Translations under genes and position numbers: made by a program
Origin: Mesorhizobium sp.
GTDB taxonomy: Bacteria; Pseudomonadota; Alphaproteobacteria; Rhizobiales; Rhizobiaceae
Strand: one strand, 5' to 3'
Length of the DNA stretch: 64,000 nt
NCBI RefSeq assembly: GCF_004017535.1
Contig: NZ_SAJS01000016.1
Part shown: one piece after another, positions 9,534-21,384 of the stretch
Layout: every line of letters starts with the position of its first letter
Position numbering within the stretch: the stretch's first letter is position 1
Notes under the pieces: generated by a model
Database searches by the model: none
The model's input: only the letters and a program-made list of their open reading frames with translations
What the model was told of the DNA's origin: nothing

Positions 9534-10149
9534 TGCGCCCGGTCTTCTCGCAGAGTGCCCGTCAGGCCGCCAATTCGATTAACGATTGGTATTCAGAGAA
9601 GGTTAACCAAGCCTTTCCAGGGGCGCAGCGAAGATACCTTCCCCTACGGAAGCGCTTTTTGCCGGCATCCGAAATCGGGGTTGCCTTCCAACCCGCCAAA
9701 TCATAAAAGCGACGTTGGATCACTGCAATCCTGGAACCGCTCGCCTCAGCAGTTTCCTGCCAATGGTCGGATGCAAAGGCGGCTCCTTTATCCTTCCAGG
9801 CTCAGGTGGTCGCGACGAATTTCGCAGGCGTGCTCCCGTGGCGGGGGAATCGCTTGCGTGAGGAAAACGGCCGGGTTTGCCCCGCGCCGGCTCTTCGTGA
9901 GCAAACAAGCTGGTCCGGCTCAGCCCGGGCTTTGGTTCAAAAGGTTCTGCTGGGTGCCGATGGCTTCAAGCGCAATCATGGAAAGGTCCGCATCAAACCG
10001 CGCCATATTGGCTGCGGGCGGCACCGCCATCGCGCTCAAGCGGCGGCTAGCGGACATTCAATTATCCGGCATGCACACAGATACAGGCGCACAGCGGCGG
10101 GCATTGCCACGCCAGCTGCGGCCGTCGGCTGCCGGCAGGAAACAAGATA
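9534..10149 (+). other. long non-coding region upstream of rne (probable 5' leader plus divergent promoters)
   Basis: 616 nt with no credible ORF between the divergent amidase and rne genes. RNase E genes are typically autoregulated through long leaders. Confidence 0.5.
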
Positions 10150-13104
10150 ATGCCCAACAAGATGCTGATAGACGCCTCCCACCCGGAGGAAACACGCGTT
10201 GTCGTCGTTCGCGGTAACCGCATCGAAGAATTCGACTTTGAATCCCAGGACAAGAAGCAGCTCAAAGGAAACATCTACCTCGCCCGCGTAACCCGCGTCG
10301 AACCTTCCCTCCAGGCAGCCTTTGTCGAGTATGGCGGCAACCGTCACGGTTTTCTCGCCTTCAGTGAAATCCATCCTGACTATTATCAGATCCCGGTCGC
10401 CGACCGTCAGGCTCTGCTGCGCGCCGAAGCGCAGGAGGCCGAGGACGAAGACGACGAGGAAACCGAGAACGGCGAAGAGCAGCAGGCGCGCGATCGCGGC
10501 GGCCGGCGCAACCGCAGGCGCGGCGGCAAGAACCGTGACCGCGGCGAGCACAGACACGCTTCTTCGGAAAACGAGGAAAGTCCGGCTGAGCCCGCAGCCA
10601 TTGAAGAACCCGCCGGCGAGGCTGCCGGGAGCGAGGAAGCCGGCGGCGTGACCGCCGATGCCTCGCCAGAAGACGCATCGGATGCATCGATCGTCGCCGA
10701 AGCCGTCGAAGTCGAAACCGACCAGGAAACGGCTGAAGAGCCCGCCGCCGAGACCGGCGGTGGCGACGCAGCGGACAATGAGGACGACAAGCCGTCCGAA
10801 GGTGGCCCCACCTCGATTGCAGCGAGCGTCGAAGCCGATGTGATTTCCGAGGCGGTGCCGCAGGCGGATCAGCCCGAGCAGAGCGGCGAAGCCGCCAGCG
10901 ACAACGATCGCGGCATGCTGGAGGACGTATCGGCCTCGCATTCGGACGAGCACGAGGTCGAATCGGTCGGCGCCGAGGACGCGCTCGAGGAAATCCGCAG
11001 CCGCCGCAAGCCGGTCCGCCGCCAGTACAAGATCCAGGAAGTCATCAAGCGCCGCCAGATCCTTCTGGTGCAGGTGGTCAAGGAAGAACGCGGCAACAAG
11101 GGCGCCGCGCTCACCACCTATCTTTCGCTTGCCGGCCGCTATTCGGTGCTGATGCCCAACACGGCGCGCGGCGGCGGCATCTCGCGCAAGATCACCAATG
11201 CGCAGGACCGCAAGCGGCTGAAGGAGGTCGTGACCGACCTCGACGTGCCGCAGGGCATGGGCGTCATCCTGCGCACCGCCGGCGAAAGCCGCACCAAGGC
11301 CGAGATCAAGCGCGACTACGAGTATCTGATGCGGCTGTGGGAGAATGTCCGCAGCCTCACGCTGCAATCCACGGCCCCTGCCCTCGTCTATGAGGAAGGC
11401 AGCCTGATCAAGCGGTCGGTGCGGGACCTCTACAACAAGGATATCGACGAGATCCTGGTCTCCGGCGAGGACGGTTATCGCGAGGCCAAGGACTTCATGC
11501 GCATGCTGATGCCGAGCCACGCCAAGGTGGTTCAGCCGTATCGCGACACCACGCCGATCTTCGTGCGCAACGGCATCGAAGCGCAGCTCGATCGCATGCT
11601 GCAGCCGCAGGTGACGCTGAAGAGCGGCGGCTACATCATCATCAACCAGACCGAGGCGCTGGTCTCGATCGACGTCAACTCCGGCCGTTCCACCAAGGAG
11701 CATTCGATCGAGGAGACAGCGCTCCACACCAATCTGGAAGCGGCCGAGGAAGTCGCGCGGCAACTCAGACTGCGCGACCTTGCCGGTCTCATCGTCATCG
11801 ACTTCATCGACATGGAGGAGAACCGCAACAACCGCGCTGTCGAGAAGCGGCTGAAGGATCACCTGAAGAACGACCGCGCGCGTATCCAGGTCGGCCGCAT
11901 CTCGCATTTCGGCCTGATGGAAATGTCGCGCCAGCGCATCCGCGCCAGCGTGCTGGAATCGACCATGAAGCCCTGCCCGCATTGCGGTGGCACCGGCCAT
12001 GTGCGCTCCGATTCCTCCGTGGCGTTGATGGTGGTCCGGGCGATCGAGGAATTCCTGCTCAAGGATTCGCGCAGCCACATCATCGTGCGCACGCCGTCCG
12101 CGACGGCGCTTTATGTGCTGAACCACAAGCGCGCCAACCTTGTGGAACTCGAAGGCCGCTTCGGCCTGACGATCACAATCGAGGCTGACGAGACGCTCGG
12201 CACCCAGCATTACGCGATCTTCCGCGGCGCCATTGCCGAGAAGCCGGAAGGCTTTGTCGAGGTGCGCAGCCTGCCGGCCTATGTCGAGCCGGACGAGCCC
12301 GAGGACGAGATCGTCATCGAGGAAGAAGAAGAGGTCGCGGTGCAGGCCGAGCAGCCGCGCCATGCGCAGCCGCAAGGCCAGCACCAGCAGCGGTCCGAGG
12401 ACGGCGAAGGCCGCGATCGCAAGCGTCGCAAGCGCCGGCGGCGGCGTGGCGGCAGGGACCGTGACCGCGAGCACAATGGGGATGTCACAGCGGCGCCGGC
12501 GGAAGCTGGCGAAACCAGCGACGATGCCGCGGATGCAACGGAAGAAGCAGCCCAGGAGGCGACCGCTGGCGGCGAAGCCGAGGCAACCGCTACCGATGAT
12601 GCTTCCGGCAAGAAGCGCCGGCGCGGCAAGCGTGGCGGCAAGCGCAACCGCCGCGACGACGAGGCTTCAGAGGCCGTCATCGGCGATGTCGAGGACGAAG
12701 CGGCGGAAGATGAGGACGCCGCAGCCGAGCCAGCGGTAGCAGCCGCGCCCGAGCAGCCTGCTGCTCCCGCAGCCGCCAATGAGGATGCCGAGGCGGTCGA
12801 AAAGCCGAAGAAGCCCCGCCGTTCGCGCGCAAAGAAAGCCGCCGAGGAGGCTGTGGCAGAGACGGTGTCCGAACCTGTGGCGGAAGCTCAGGTCGCGCCA
12901 ATGGCGGCTGAGCCGGAGCCGGCACCTGCCGCTCCCGCAGAGGCCGAGGCGGAGTCTGCCGCCAACCCGCATCCGACGCGGCGCAAGCCGCAATCGATCG
13001 ATGCGCCGGTTGTTCCCGTCGTGTCTTCGAACGTGTCCGAAGAGGCCAAGGCCGAGGACAAGCCGAAGCGCGCAGGCTGGTGGCAGCGCAAGGGTTTCTT
13101 CTAA
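10150..13104 (+). CDS. rne: ribonuclease E
   Basis: N-terminal MLIDASHPEETRVVV...GNIYLARVTRVEPSLQAAFVEYG (S1 domain), DNase-I-like and Zn-link CPHCGGTG, Arg-rich/acidic scaffold tail, and a large acidic insertion inside S1. Confidence 0.95.
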   Translation: MPNKMLIDASHPEETRVVVVRGNRIEEFDFESQDKKQLKGNIYLARVTRVEPSLQAAFVEYGGNRHGFLAFSEIHPDYYQIPVADRQALLRAEAQEAEDEDDEETENGEEQQARDRGGRRNRRRGGKNRDRGEHRHASSENEESPAEPAAIEEPAGEAAGSEEAGGVTADASPEDASDASIVAEAVEVETDQETAEEPAAETGGGDAADNEDDKPSEGGPTSIAASVEADVISEAVPQADQPEQSGEAASDNDRGMLEDVSASHSDEHEVESVGAEDALEEIRSRRKPVRRQYKIQEVIKRRQILLVQVVKEERGNKGAALTTYLSLAGRYSVLMPNTARGGGISRKITNAQDRKRLKEVVTDLDVPQGMGVILRTAGESRTKAEIKRDYEYLMRLWENVRSLTLQSTAPALVYEEGSLIKRSVRDLYNKDIDEILVSGEDGYREAKDFMRMLMPSHAKVVQPYRDTTPIFVRNGIEAQLDRMLQPQVTLKSGGYIIINQTEALVSIDVNSGRSTKEHSIEETALHTNLEAAEEVARQLRLRDLAGLIVIDFIDMEENRNNRAVEKRLKDHLKNDRARIQVGRISHFGLMEMSRQRIRASVLESTMKPCPHCGGTGHVRSDSSVALMVVRAIEEFLLKDSRSHIIVRTPSATALYVLNHKRANLVELEGRFGLTITIEADETLGTQHYAIFRGAIAEKPEGFVEVRSLPAYVEPDEPEDEIVIEEEEEVAVQAEQPRHAQPQGQHQQRSEDGEGRDRKRRKRRRRRGGRDRDREHNGDVTAAPAEAGETSDDAADATEEAAQEATAGGEAEATATDDASGKKRRRGKRGGKRNRRDDEASEAVIGDVEDEAAEDEDAAAEPAVAAAPEQPAAPAAANEDAEAVEKPKKPRRSRAKKAAEEAVAETVSEPVAEAQVAPMAAEPEPAPAAPAEAEAESAANPHPTRRKPQSIDAPVVPVVSSNVSEEAKAEDKPKRAGWWQRKGFF

Positions 13105-13135
13105 GCTTTTCAAATTGTTGGACTGATTTCTTTGC

Positions 13136-13169
13136 AAAAATCCCGCGCCGCCTGGCGCGGGATTTTTTT
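13136..13169. terminator. bidirectional Rho-independent terminator (rne / glsA)
   Basis: AAAAA-TCCCGCGCC-GCCT-GGCGCGGGA-TTTTTTT. The 9-bp GC stem is flanked by an A-run and a T-run. Confidence 0.9.
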
Positions 13170-13323
13170 GTTTGCCGAAGCGCAAGGCAAATCGAGATTC
13201 AGGTCAGGCCGAGTCGAAAATGGTGGGTTCCGAGAACCGGAGGGAGCGTACTTAAAGTACGTGAGCACCGGAAGCGCAGGAAACCGCCATTTGCAGGCCG
13301 GCCTCACCTGAATATCGACTTGC

Positions 13324-14253
13324 CTATGGCGCGAAGATCGACCAGTTCATCATACGCGCGAGCTTCTCCAGGGCGATGGAGCCGAGCTTGGAGTTGCCGT
13401 TCTCGTTGAGGCCGGGCGACCAGACAGCCAGCGAAGCCACGCCAGGCACAATGCCTAAAATGCCGCCGCCGACGCCGCTTTTGCCGGGGATGCCGACGTG
13501 GAAGGCAAAATCGCCGGAACCGTCATAATGGCCGCAGGTCAGCATCAGCGCGCCGATACGGCGGGCCCGCTCGGCCGACACCACCGAATGCCCGGTCGCC
13601 GGATTCCTGCCGCCATTGGCGAGGAACCGGCCCGCCATGGCAAGCTGCTGGCAACTCATGGCGATGGCGCAGTGATGGAAATAAACGCCCAGCGCCAGCT
13701 CCGGTTCATGATGAAGATTGCCGAAGGATTTCATGTAGTTGGCTAAGGCGAAGTTGCGGTAGCCGGTGGCCCGCTCGGAGGCCGCCACTTCGCGGTCGAT
13801 GATGATCGTCTCGTCATCGGCGAGGAACTGGATGAAGCGCAGGATCTCGCCGATCGCCTCGCGCGGCTGATGGCCGGCAAGCAGCACGTCGGAGACGACG
13901 ATGGCGCCGGCATTGATGAACGGATTGCGCGGGATGCCGTTCTCATGCTCGAGCTGAACGATCGAGTTGAACGGATTGCCGGACGGTTCGCGGCCGACAC
14001 GCCGCCAGAGCGCATCGCCGATCTTGCCCAGCGCCAGCGTGAGGGTGAAGACCTTCGAGACGCTCTGGATGGAAAAGGGCTGATCGGCATCGCCGGCAAG
14101 GATGACGCGGCCGTCATTGGTCACGGCGGCGATGCCGAATTTCTTCGGATCGACCTTGCCGAGCTGTGGGATATAGGTCGCCACCTTGCCGCGATCGGTG
14201 CGCTCAGCCATTTCGGCGGCGACTTCCGCCAATGCTTGCTCGAGTTCCGGCAT
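13324..14253 (-). CDS. glsA: glutaminase A
   Basis: Glutaminase signature [10 protein letters not shown]...[10 protein letters not shown]...NPFINAGAI...GKSGVGGGI. Confidence 0.92.
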   Translation of the reverse strand: MPELEQALAEVAAEMAERTDRGKVATYIPQLGKVDPKKFGIAAVTNDGRVILAGDADQPFSIQSVSKVFTLTLALGKIGDALWRRVGREPSGNPFNSIVQLEHENGIPRNPFINAGAIVVSDVLLAGHQPREAIGEILRFIQFLADDETIIIDREVAASERATGYRNFALANYMKSFGNLHHEPELALGVYFHHCAIAMSCQQLAMAGRFLANGGRNPATGHSVVSAERARRIGALMLTCGHYDGSGDFAFHVGIPGKSGVGGGILGIVPGVASLAVWSPGLNENGNSKLGSIALEKLARMMNWSIFAP

Positions 14254-14258
14254 GGCTT

Positions 14259-15407
14259 CTATTTCAGCCAGCGTTCGATGCGCGCCAGCGCCTCGACCAT
14301 GTCGTCATGGCTGCCGGCATAGGAAAAGCGCATGGTGCGATGCCCCTGCTGCGGATCGAAATCGCGGCCTGGCGTCGCCGCGACATGCGCCTCGGCCAGC
14401 ATTTTTCGCGCAAAGGCCATGCTGTCGTTGGTGTGGCGGGTGACATCGCAGAAGGCATAGAAGGCGCCGTCCATGGGTGCTGCCAGCGCAAAGCCGAGTT
14501 CGGGCAGACGCTTCATCAGAAGGTCGCGATTCAGGGCATAGCGCGCCTTCACCTTTTCGAGCTCCTCCGTGGCATTGAAGGCCTCGATCGCGGCAATCTG
14601 CGACAGTTCCGGCGGCGAGATATAGAGGCTCTGGGCGATACGCTCGACCGGCCGCACCAGTTGCTCGGGCAGCACCATCCAGCCGATGCGCCAGCCGGTC
14701 ATGCAATAGTATTTCGAGAAGGAATTGATCACGGTCACGCCGGCGCCATGCGCCAGCGCGGTCACATCGGGCGCCGCATAGGCCAGCCGGTGGTAGATTT
14801 CGTCGGAGATGACGGCGATGCCGAGTTCCTCGGCCGTCTTCACCAGGGCCGCAAGTTCGTCCGCCGGGATCACCGCACCCGTTGGATTGGCGGGGCTGGC
14901 GAACAGCACACCCTTCAGCGGCCTCTCGCGATGCGCGCTCTTCAGGTGATCGGCATGCAGGTAGGCATCCGCGCCGAGCTCGATCTCGACGATCTCGATG
15001 CCGAGCGCGGCCATGATGTTGCGATAGGCCGGATAGCCTGGCGCGGCGATGGCGACGCGGTCGCCCGGATCGAACATCGCCAGGAAAGCGAGGTTGAAGG
15101 CGGCCGACGAGCCGGTCGTGACGGCAATGCGCGACGGCGCGACGTGGATTGCGTAATGCTCGCCATAGTGCTCGGCGATCGCCTTGCGCAGATCGGCCAG
15201 GCCCAAGGCATCGGTGTAGCCGATGCGGCCGTGCCTGAGGGCCGCGGTCGCCGCTTCGCGGACGCCGGCCGGCGCGGGATCCGACGGCTGGCCGACGGCC
15301 ATCGACACCACAGGCACGCCGGTGGCCTTCAGCCGGTTGGCTTCGGCCAGGATGTCCATGGCGTGGAAGGGCTCGACTTCCCCCCGGCGCGAAAGCGAAA
15401 CGACCAT
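14259..15407 (-). CDS. PLP-dependent aminotransferase (class I/II, aspartate-aminotransferase-like)
   Basis: ASPANPTG and [15 protein letters not shown] (PLP lysine). Lies 5 nt upstream of glsA, so probably an operon. Confidence 0.88.
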   Translation of the reverse strand: MVVSLSRRGEVEPFHAMDILAEANRLKATGVPVVSMAVGQPSDPAPAGVREAATAALRHGRIGYTDALGLADLRKAIAEHYGEHYAIHVAPSRIAVTTGSSAAFNLAFLAMFDPGDRVAIAAPGYPAYRNIMAALGIEIVEIELGADAYLHADHLKSAHRERPLKGVLFASPANPTGAVIPADELAALVKTAEELGIAVISDEIYHRLAYAAPDVTALAHGAGVTVINSFSKYYCMTGWRIGWMVLPEQLVRPVERIAQSLYISPPELSQIAAIEAFNATEELEKVKARYALNRDLLMKRLPELGFALAAPMDGAFYAFCDVTRHTNDSMAFARKMLAEAHVAATPGRDFDPQQGHRTMRFSYAGSHDDMVEALARIERWLK

Positions 15408-15592
15408 TTGACCTCTTCCAACTGCTCTATTTCGGTGAATTCCGGACGCAAGCAGCGCAGACTTGCCCTTGAACTGCCCTAGTTAAAGGAACAGCGCCGC
15501 ACAAATGCCCGATTGATGTGGGGATCACAAGCGCGCAGGAAGTTGCCGGCGCCGACTTTTCATCTTTCGCCCGCTCGTCTACCAGTGGACCT

Positions 15593-17005
15593 ATGTTGAG
15601 CCGACCCCGACCATCGATTGGCAGATCGACCTCTCTCAGCCGAACCGCGCGCGGCTTCGCGACAATAATGCTTGCCGCCGCCGTTGCCGTGTCGGGCTCG
15701 GTCAGCGCCTTCGCGCAGGGCGTGCCGGTGGTGCGCGACGCCGAGATCGAGGCGCTGGTGCGCGATTATGCCCGGCCGATCTTCAAGGCCGCGGGGCTTG
15801 CCAATGACGGCATCGACATTGTTCTGGTCAATGATCCGAGTTTCAACGCCTTCGTCACCGGGCGGCGCCTGTTCGTCAACACCGGCGCGCTGGTGACGGC
15901 TGAAACGCCGAACGAGATCATCGGCGTCATCGCACACGAGGCCGGCCATATTGCCGGCGGACATCAGCAGAAATTGCGCGACCAGCTCGACCGTGCCAAG
16001 ACAATGGCCATCATCGCCACGCTGCTCGGCGCCGGCGCCATGGTTGCCGGCGCCACCACCAACAGCAAAGGGCTGGCGGGCGCCGGCATGGGCGTTGCCG
16101 CCGGCGGCGGCGAGATGGCGCAACGTTCGATCCTTGCCTATCAGCGCACCGAAGAGATCACCGCCGACCGTTCGGCGATCACCTATCTCAACGCCACCGG
16201 CCAGTCCGGCATGGGCATGCTGAAGACCTTCGGCCGCTTCCAGAGCGCGCTGTCGCTGGCCGGCACACAGGTTGATCCCTACCGGATCAGCCATCCGATG
16301 CCGCAGGAGCGCATCGCAAACCTTGAAGTGCTCGTCAAGCAGAGCCCCTTCGTCAATGTCGTCGACCCGCCGGCGCTGCAGCAGCGGCACGACATGATGC
16401 GCATCAAGATCGCCGCCTACATGCAGGGCCAGGCGGCCGTCGCGCGGCTGATGCGCAAGAACCCGACCAGCCTTGCCTCGCGCTATGGCGACGCGCAGCA
16501 GACCTATCTCTACGCCAATCCAGGCGCCGCGCTGACCAAGACGGCGGCGCTGATCAAGGAACAGCCGAAGAACCCCTATTTCCAGGAGCTGCGCGGCGAT
16601 ATCCTGATGAAGGCCAACAAGCCGAAGGACGCGGCGGACGCCTATGCCAAGGCGGTGAGCCTCGATCCCGCGCATTCCGGACTGCTGCTGGTCTCGCTCG
16701 GCCAGGCGCTGATGGCGGTGGGCACGCCCGATTCGCTGAAAAAGGCCGTGGTCCAGCTCAATAACGGCGTCGGGCGGGACAAGGAGAATGCCGATGCTTA
16801 TCGCTTCCTGGCGCAGGCCTATGGAGAACAGGGCGACATTCCGGCCGCCGATCTCGCCACCGCGGAGGGCCATTACTATGCGGGCGACTACAAGAATGCG
16901 AAGATCTTCGCCATGCGCGCTCAACAGAAATTGAAGCGCGGCGAACCCCGCTGGGTCCGCGCTCAGGATATCATAAACTACACACCGTCTAACAAACTCA
17001 AATGA
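15593..17005 (+). CDS. M48-family metalloprotease with C-terminal TPR repeats
   Basis: HEAGHIAGGH (HExxH), signal-like N-terminus, TPR-like C-terminal half. ORF track start 15518 trimmed to ATG 15593. Confidence 0.85.
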   Translation: MLSRPRPSIGRSTSLSRTARGFATIMLAAAVAVSGSVSAFAQGVPVVRDAEIEALVRDYARPIFKAAGLANDGIDIVLVNDPSFNAFVTGRRLFVNTGALVTAETPNEIIGVIAHEAGHIAGGHQQKLRDQLDRAKTMAIIATLLGAGAMVAGATTNSKGLAGAGMGVAAGGGEMAQRSILAYQRTEEITADRSAITYLNATGQSGMGMLKTFGRFQSALSLAGTQVDPYRISHPMPQERIANLEVLVKQSPFVNVVDPPALQQRHDMMRIKIAAYMQGQAAVARLMRKNPTSLASRYGDAQQTYLYANPGAALTKTAALIKEQPKNPYFQELRGDILMKANKPKDAADAYAKAVSLDPAHSGLLLVSLGQALMAVGTPDSLKKAVVQLNNGVGRDKENADAYRFLAQAYGEQGDIPAADLATAEGHYYAGDYKNAKIFAMRAQQKLKRGEPRWVRAQDIINYTPSNKLK

Positions 17006-17063
17006 ACCTCCCGGACGTCGGCAACGACGAAGGCGGACCGGAACAGGAAAAAGGACGACGATA

Positions 17064-17891
17064 ATGAACAAGGCAATCCTGCTTGGCAGTGCCGGCGGCC
17101 TGGCGGTGGCGCTCGGCATGCTGGCCTTCGGTTTTGTGGCGGGAAATCCGCAGGCCGCGAAGGCCGACACCGTGCAGGTCGCCCAGGTCACGTCCTCCAC
17201 CGACACCAAGGCGGCCGCCGATACCAAGATCGACCGCAAGGAGGTCGAGGGCATCATCCGCGACTACCTCCTGAAGAACCCGGAAGTGCTGCTCGAGGTG
17301 CAGGACGCGCTCGAAGCCAAGCAGAAGGAAGAGCAGCGGCTTGCCGCACTGGGTGTCATCAAGAATTCCAAGGACGAGATCTTCAACTCGACCTTCGACG
17401 GCGTCGTCGGCAACCCCAAGGGCAAGGTTACGATCGTCGAGTTCTACGACTACAATTGCGGCTTCTGCAAACGCGCCATCGAGGACATGAAGGCGCTGAC
17501 CAAGGCCGACCCGGACCTGCGCTTCGTGCTCAAGGAGTTCCCGATCCTCAGCCCGGATTCGCAGAAGGCCAGTGTCGTCTCCATGGCGTTCCACTTGATG
17601 CACCCGGAGAAATACGGCGAATTCCATACCGCGCTGCTCGGCGGCCAGGGCCGCGCCACCGAAGCGACCGCTATCAAGGTGGCGCTTTCGCTCGGCGCCG
17701 ACGAGGCGACGCTGCGCGAGAAGATGAAGGACCCGCGCATCGCCGAGACGCTTTCGCGCACCTATGACCTTGCGACGAAACTGTCGATCACCGGCACGCC
17801 GTCCTATGTGGTCGGCAACGAGGTGATCTTCGGAGCGCTCGGCCAGCAGGTTCTGGCGGAAAAGATCGAAGAGGCAAAAAGCGCCCTGTAA
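17064..17891 (+). CDS. DsbA-family thiol:disulfide oxidoreductase
   Basis: N-terminal anchor plus a thioredoxin fold with the CGFC active site. Confidence 0.85.
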   Translation: MNKAILLGSAGGLAVALGMLAFGFVAGNPQAAKADTVQVAQVTSSTDTKAAADTKIDRKEVEGIIRDYLLKNPEVLLEVQDALEAKQKEEQRLAALGVIKNSKDEIFNSTFDGVVGNPKGKVTIVEFYDYNCGFCKRAIEDMKALTKADPDLRFVLKEFPILSPDSQKASVVSMAFHLMHPEKYGEFHTALLGGQGRATEATAIKVALSLGADEATLREKMKDPRIAETLSRTYDLATKLSITGTPSYVVGNEVIFGALGQQVLAEKIEEAKSAL

Positions 17892-17925
17892 GCGCTTGCG
17901 AGGATAAAAGCCGGCCGCTGTGGAC

Positions 17926-17953
17926 AGCGCAAGAACGCACTTGCGCTCTTTTC
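17926..17953 (+). terminator. Rho-independent terminator after the DsbA-family gene
   Basis: AGCGCAAG-AACGCA-CTTGCGCT followed by CTTTTC. Confidence 0.75.
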
Positions 17954-18023
17954 GCGGGCGGCTATGCCCATTATAGAGGCCCAGTGCGCCGGCTTGGGCT
18001 CGGCGTGAAACAAGGTCGGCATA

Positions 18024-18458
18024 TTGAAAACGATTTTCGTCCTCAACGGTCCCAATCTCAATGCGCTCGGCAAACGCGAGCCGGGAATTTATGGCGGCAA
18101 GACGCTTGCGGCCATCGAAGAGGACTGCAAGGCGGCGGGCGCCGCACTCGGGCTCGATATCGATTTTCGCCAGTCCAATCATGAGGGCGATCTGGTCGAC
18201 TGGATCCAGGAAGCCGGCGAGAAGGCTGCAGGCATCGTCATCAATCCCGGCGCCTACAGCCACACCTCGATCGCCATCCACGACGCCATCCGCTCTGTTG
18301 CGCCGCTGCCCGTCGCGGAAGTCCATCTTTCCAACATCCACGCGCGGGAGCCCTTCCGCCACGTCTCGATGGTCGCGCCGGTCGCTGTCGGCATGATCTG
18401 CGGGTTCGGGCCGCTCGGCTACACGCTCGCGCTGCAGGCACTGGCGGCACGCCTGTGA
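18024..18458 (+). CDS. aroQ: type II 3-dehydroquinate dehydratase
   Basis: [19 protein letters not shown]...[15 protein letters not shown]...[19 protein letters not shown] start. Confidence 0.93.
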   Translation: MKTIFVLNGPNLNALGKREPGIYGGKTLAAIEEDCKAAGAALGLDIDFRQSNHEGDLVDWIQEAGEKAAGIVINPGAYSHTSIAIHDAIRSVAPLPVAEVHLSNIHAREPFRHVSMVAPVAVGMICGFGPLGYTLALQALAARL

Positions 18459-18484
18459 CCGGCCCCCAAACAGAAGGCTCGAAA

Positions 18485-18952
18485 ATGTCGATAAAAAAGA
18501 ACGGTGTTGACCAGCAGCTGATCCGCGATCTGGCGGGCATCCTGAACGACACCAATCTGACGGAGATCGAGGTCGAGCTCGGCGACCTCAAAGTGCGCGT
18601 GTCGCGCCAGTCGCAGGCTGTCCATGCGGTTGCCGCGCCGCTGCCTGCGATCGCCGCTCCCGTCGCCGCCGTGGCTCAGCCGGCAGCGGCCGCCGCCGCG
18701 GCGCCTGCCGATCCGTCGAAGAACGCCGTGCCTTCGCCGATGGTCGGCACTGCCTATCTGGCGCCCTCGCCCGATGCCAAGCCGTTCGTCGAGATCGGCC
18801 AGAAGGTGAAGGAAGGCCAGACGCTGCTCATCATCGAGGCGATGAAGACGATGAACCAGATTCCTTCGCCGCGCGCCGGCACAGTGACGGCGATCCTCAT
18901 CGAGGACGCCCAGCCGGTGGAGTACGGAATGCCGCTGGTGGTCCTCGAGTAG
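18485..18952 (+). CDS. accB: acetyl-CoA carboxylase biotin carboxyl carrier protein
   Basis: Pro/Ala linker and the biotinyl motif EAMKTMN. ORF trimmed to ATG 18485. Confidence 0.92.
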   Translation: MSIKKNGVDQQLIRDLAGILNDTNLTEIEVELGDLKVRVSRQSQAVHAVAAPLPAIAAPVAAVAQPAAAAAAAPADPSKNAVPSPMVGTAYLAPSPDAKPFVEIGQKVKEGQTLLIIEAMKTMNQIPSPRAGTVTAILIEDAQPVEYGMPLVVLE

Positions 18953-18965
18953 GAACAGCCAAGAG

Positions 18966-20309
<1,344 letters not shown>

Positions 20310-20321
20310 CACGGGGATGCG

Positions 20322-20939
20322 ATGACCCGCCCCTACGCGCCAGGCTATCGCATCCCGACCGACCTGCTGCTCAGGGCTTACGCCTCGGGCGTATTCCCGA
20401 TGGCCGAGAGCGCCGACGACCCGGAAGTGTTCTGGGTGCGGCCGGAGACGCGAGGCATCATTCCGCTGGAGGGGTTCCACACGCCGCGCAGCCTGAAGAA
20501 GACGATCCGCAAGCACCCGTTCGAGATCCGCTACGATTTCGATTTCGAGGCGACGATCGACGGCTGCGCCGAGAAGCGCGAAGAGCGCCGCTCGACCTGG
20601 ATCAATGCGCCGATCCGCGAAGCCTATCTCGAGCTCCATCGCCTCGGCCACTGCCATTCGGTCGAAGCCTGGCGCGAGGACCGTCTGGTCGGCGGCCTTT
20701 ACGGCGTCTCGCTGGGGCGCGTGTTCTTCGGCGAGAGCATGTTCGCCAGGGAGACCGATGCCTCGAAGACGTGCCTCTATTATCTCGTCGAGCGGCTGAA
20801 GGCGCGCGGCTTCGCGCTGCTCGACACGCAGTTTACCACCGAGCATCTGAAGCGCTTCGGCGCTATCGACGTGCCGCGCGGACAGTATGAGAAGCTGCTG
20901 GCCGAGGCGCTGAAGGGCGAGGCCGTCTTCTATCCCTGA
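20322..20939 (+). CDS. aat: leucyl/phenylalanyl-tRNA--protein transferase
   Basis: [11 protein letters not shown]...[14 protein letters not shown]...[23 protein letters not shown]...[18 protein letters not shown]. Confidence 0.92.
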   Translation: MTRPYAPGYRIPTDLLLRAYASGVFPMAESADDPEVFWVRPETRGIIPLEGFHTPRSLKKTIRKHPFEIRYDFDFEATIDGCAEKREERRSTWINAPIREAYLELHRLGHCHSVEAWREDRLVGGLYGVSLGRVFFGESMFARETDASKTCLYYLVERLKARGFALLDTQFTTEHLKRFGAIDVPRGQYEKLLAEALKGEAVFYP

Positions 20940-20941
20940 GG

Positions 20942-21325
20942 TCAGTCCCGCGCCGTATCCATCGGCGTTTGCGCATGGAACATCATCTTCCAGCCGTCGG
21001 CGCGGTGAACATAGCCGGTGCTGACCAGCGCGGCATAGGATTCGCCGTTCTCACGCGTCGCGCGCGCTTCGTAAGTCAGCATGACGATATCGCTGCCCGG
21101 CTCGACCATGCCCTTCAGCTTGATGTCGAGGTCGCGCCAACGGTTGGGTTTGCTGGCTGTCGCTGCCAGTTCGGAGTTGGTCATCGCCTTGGCCATCTGC
21201 GGGAACGCCACCAGGCATTCCACATCGGCGTTGGCTTCATAATAGGCGGAATCGCCGGTCCAGAAGCCCTTCTCGATGTCGAGAAGTTCTTGCTTGTTGG
21301 CCATGATCGGCTTCGTAGCGGTCAT
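20942..21325 (-). CDS. SnoaL-like / DUF4440 (NTF2-fold) protein
   Basis: Size and pattern (ELLDIEKGFW...GWKMMFHAQTP) are typical of DUF4440. Its stop is only 2 nt from the convergent aat stop. Confidence 0.6.
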   Translation of the reverse strand: MTATKPIMANKQELLDIEKGFWTGDSAYYEANADVECLVAFPQMAKAMTNSELAATASKPNRWRDLDIKLKGMVEPGSDIVMLTYEARATRENGESYAALVSTGYVHRADGWKMMFHAQTPMDTARD

Positions 21326-21384
21326 CGCGGAATTCTCCTCGCCTTGCCGAGTTGGAACGGCTCAAAGGCGGGCAGGTTCCGGGA

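Noticed and set aside
10036-12474. 812-aa ORF antisense to rne. Similar long antisense or out-of-frame ORFs occur elsewhere, e.g. 18897..20846, 15560..17257, 16998..18362, 46048..47313, 47142..48305 and 52341..53876.
   Set aside because: These are typical shadow ORFs of a high-GC genome. They are Arg/Ala/Gly/Asp-rich low-complexity translations with no recognisable motifs, and each lies opposite a gene with strong family signatures.
13226-13271. Nested palindromes (GGTTC-CGA-GAACC; CCGG...CGTAC-TTAAA-GTACG...CCGG) in the glsA 3' region. These could be a REP-like element or an ncRNA.
   Set aside because: There is only a single copy in the window, the stems are short (5 bp), and no terminator or promoter context is present. 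The sequence sits between the glsA stop and the shared bidirectional terminator, so it is most simply 3'-UTR structure. A genome-wide repeat search would be needed to revisit this.
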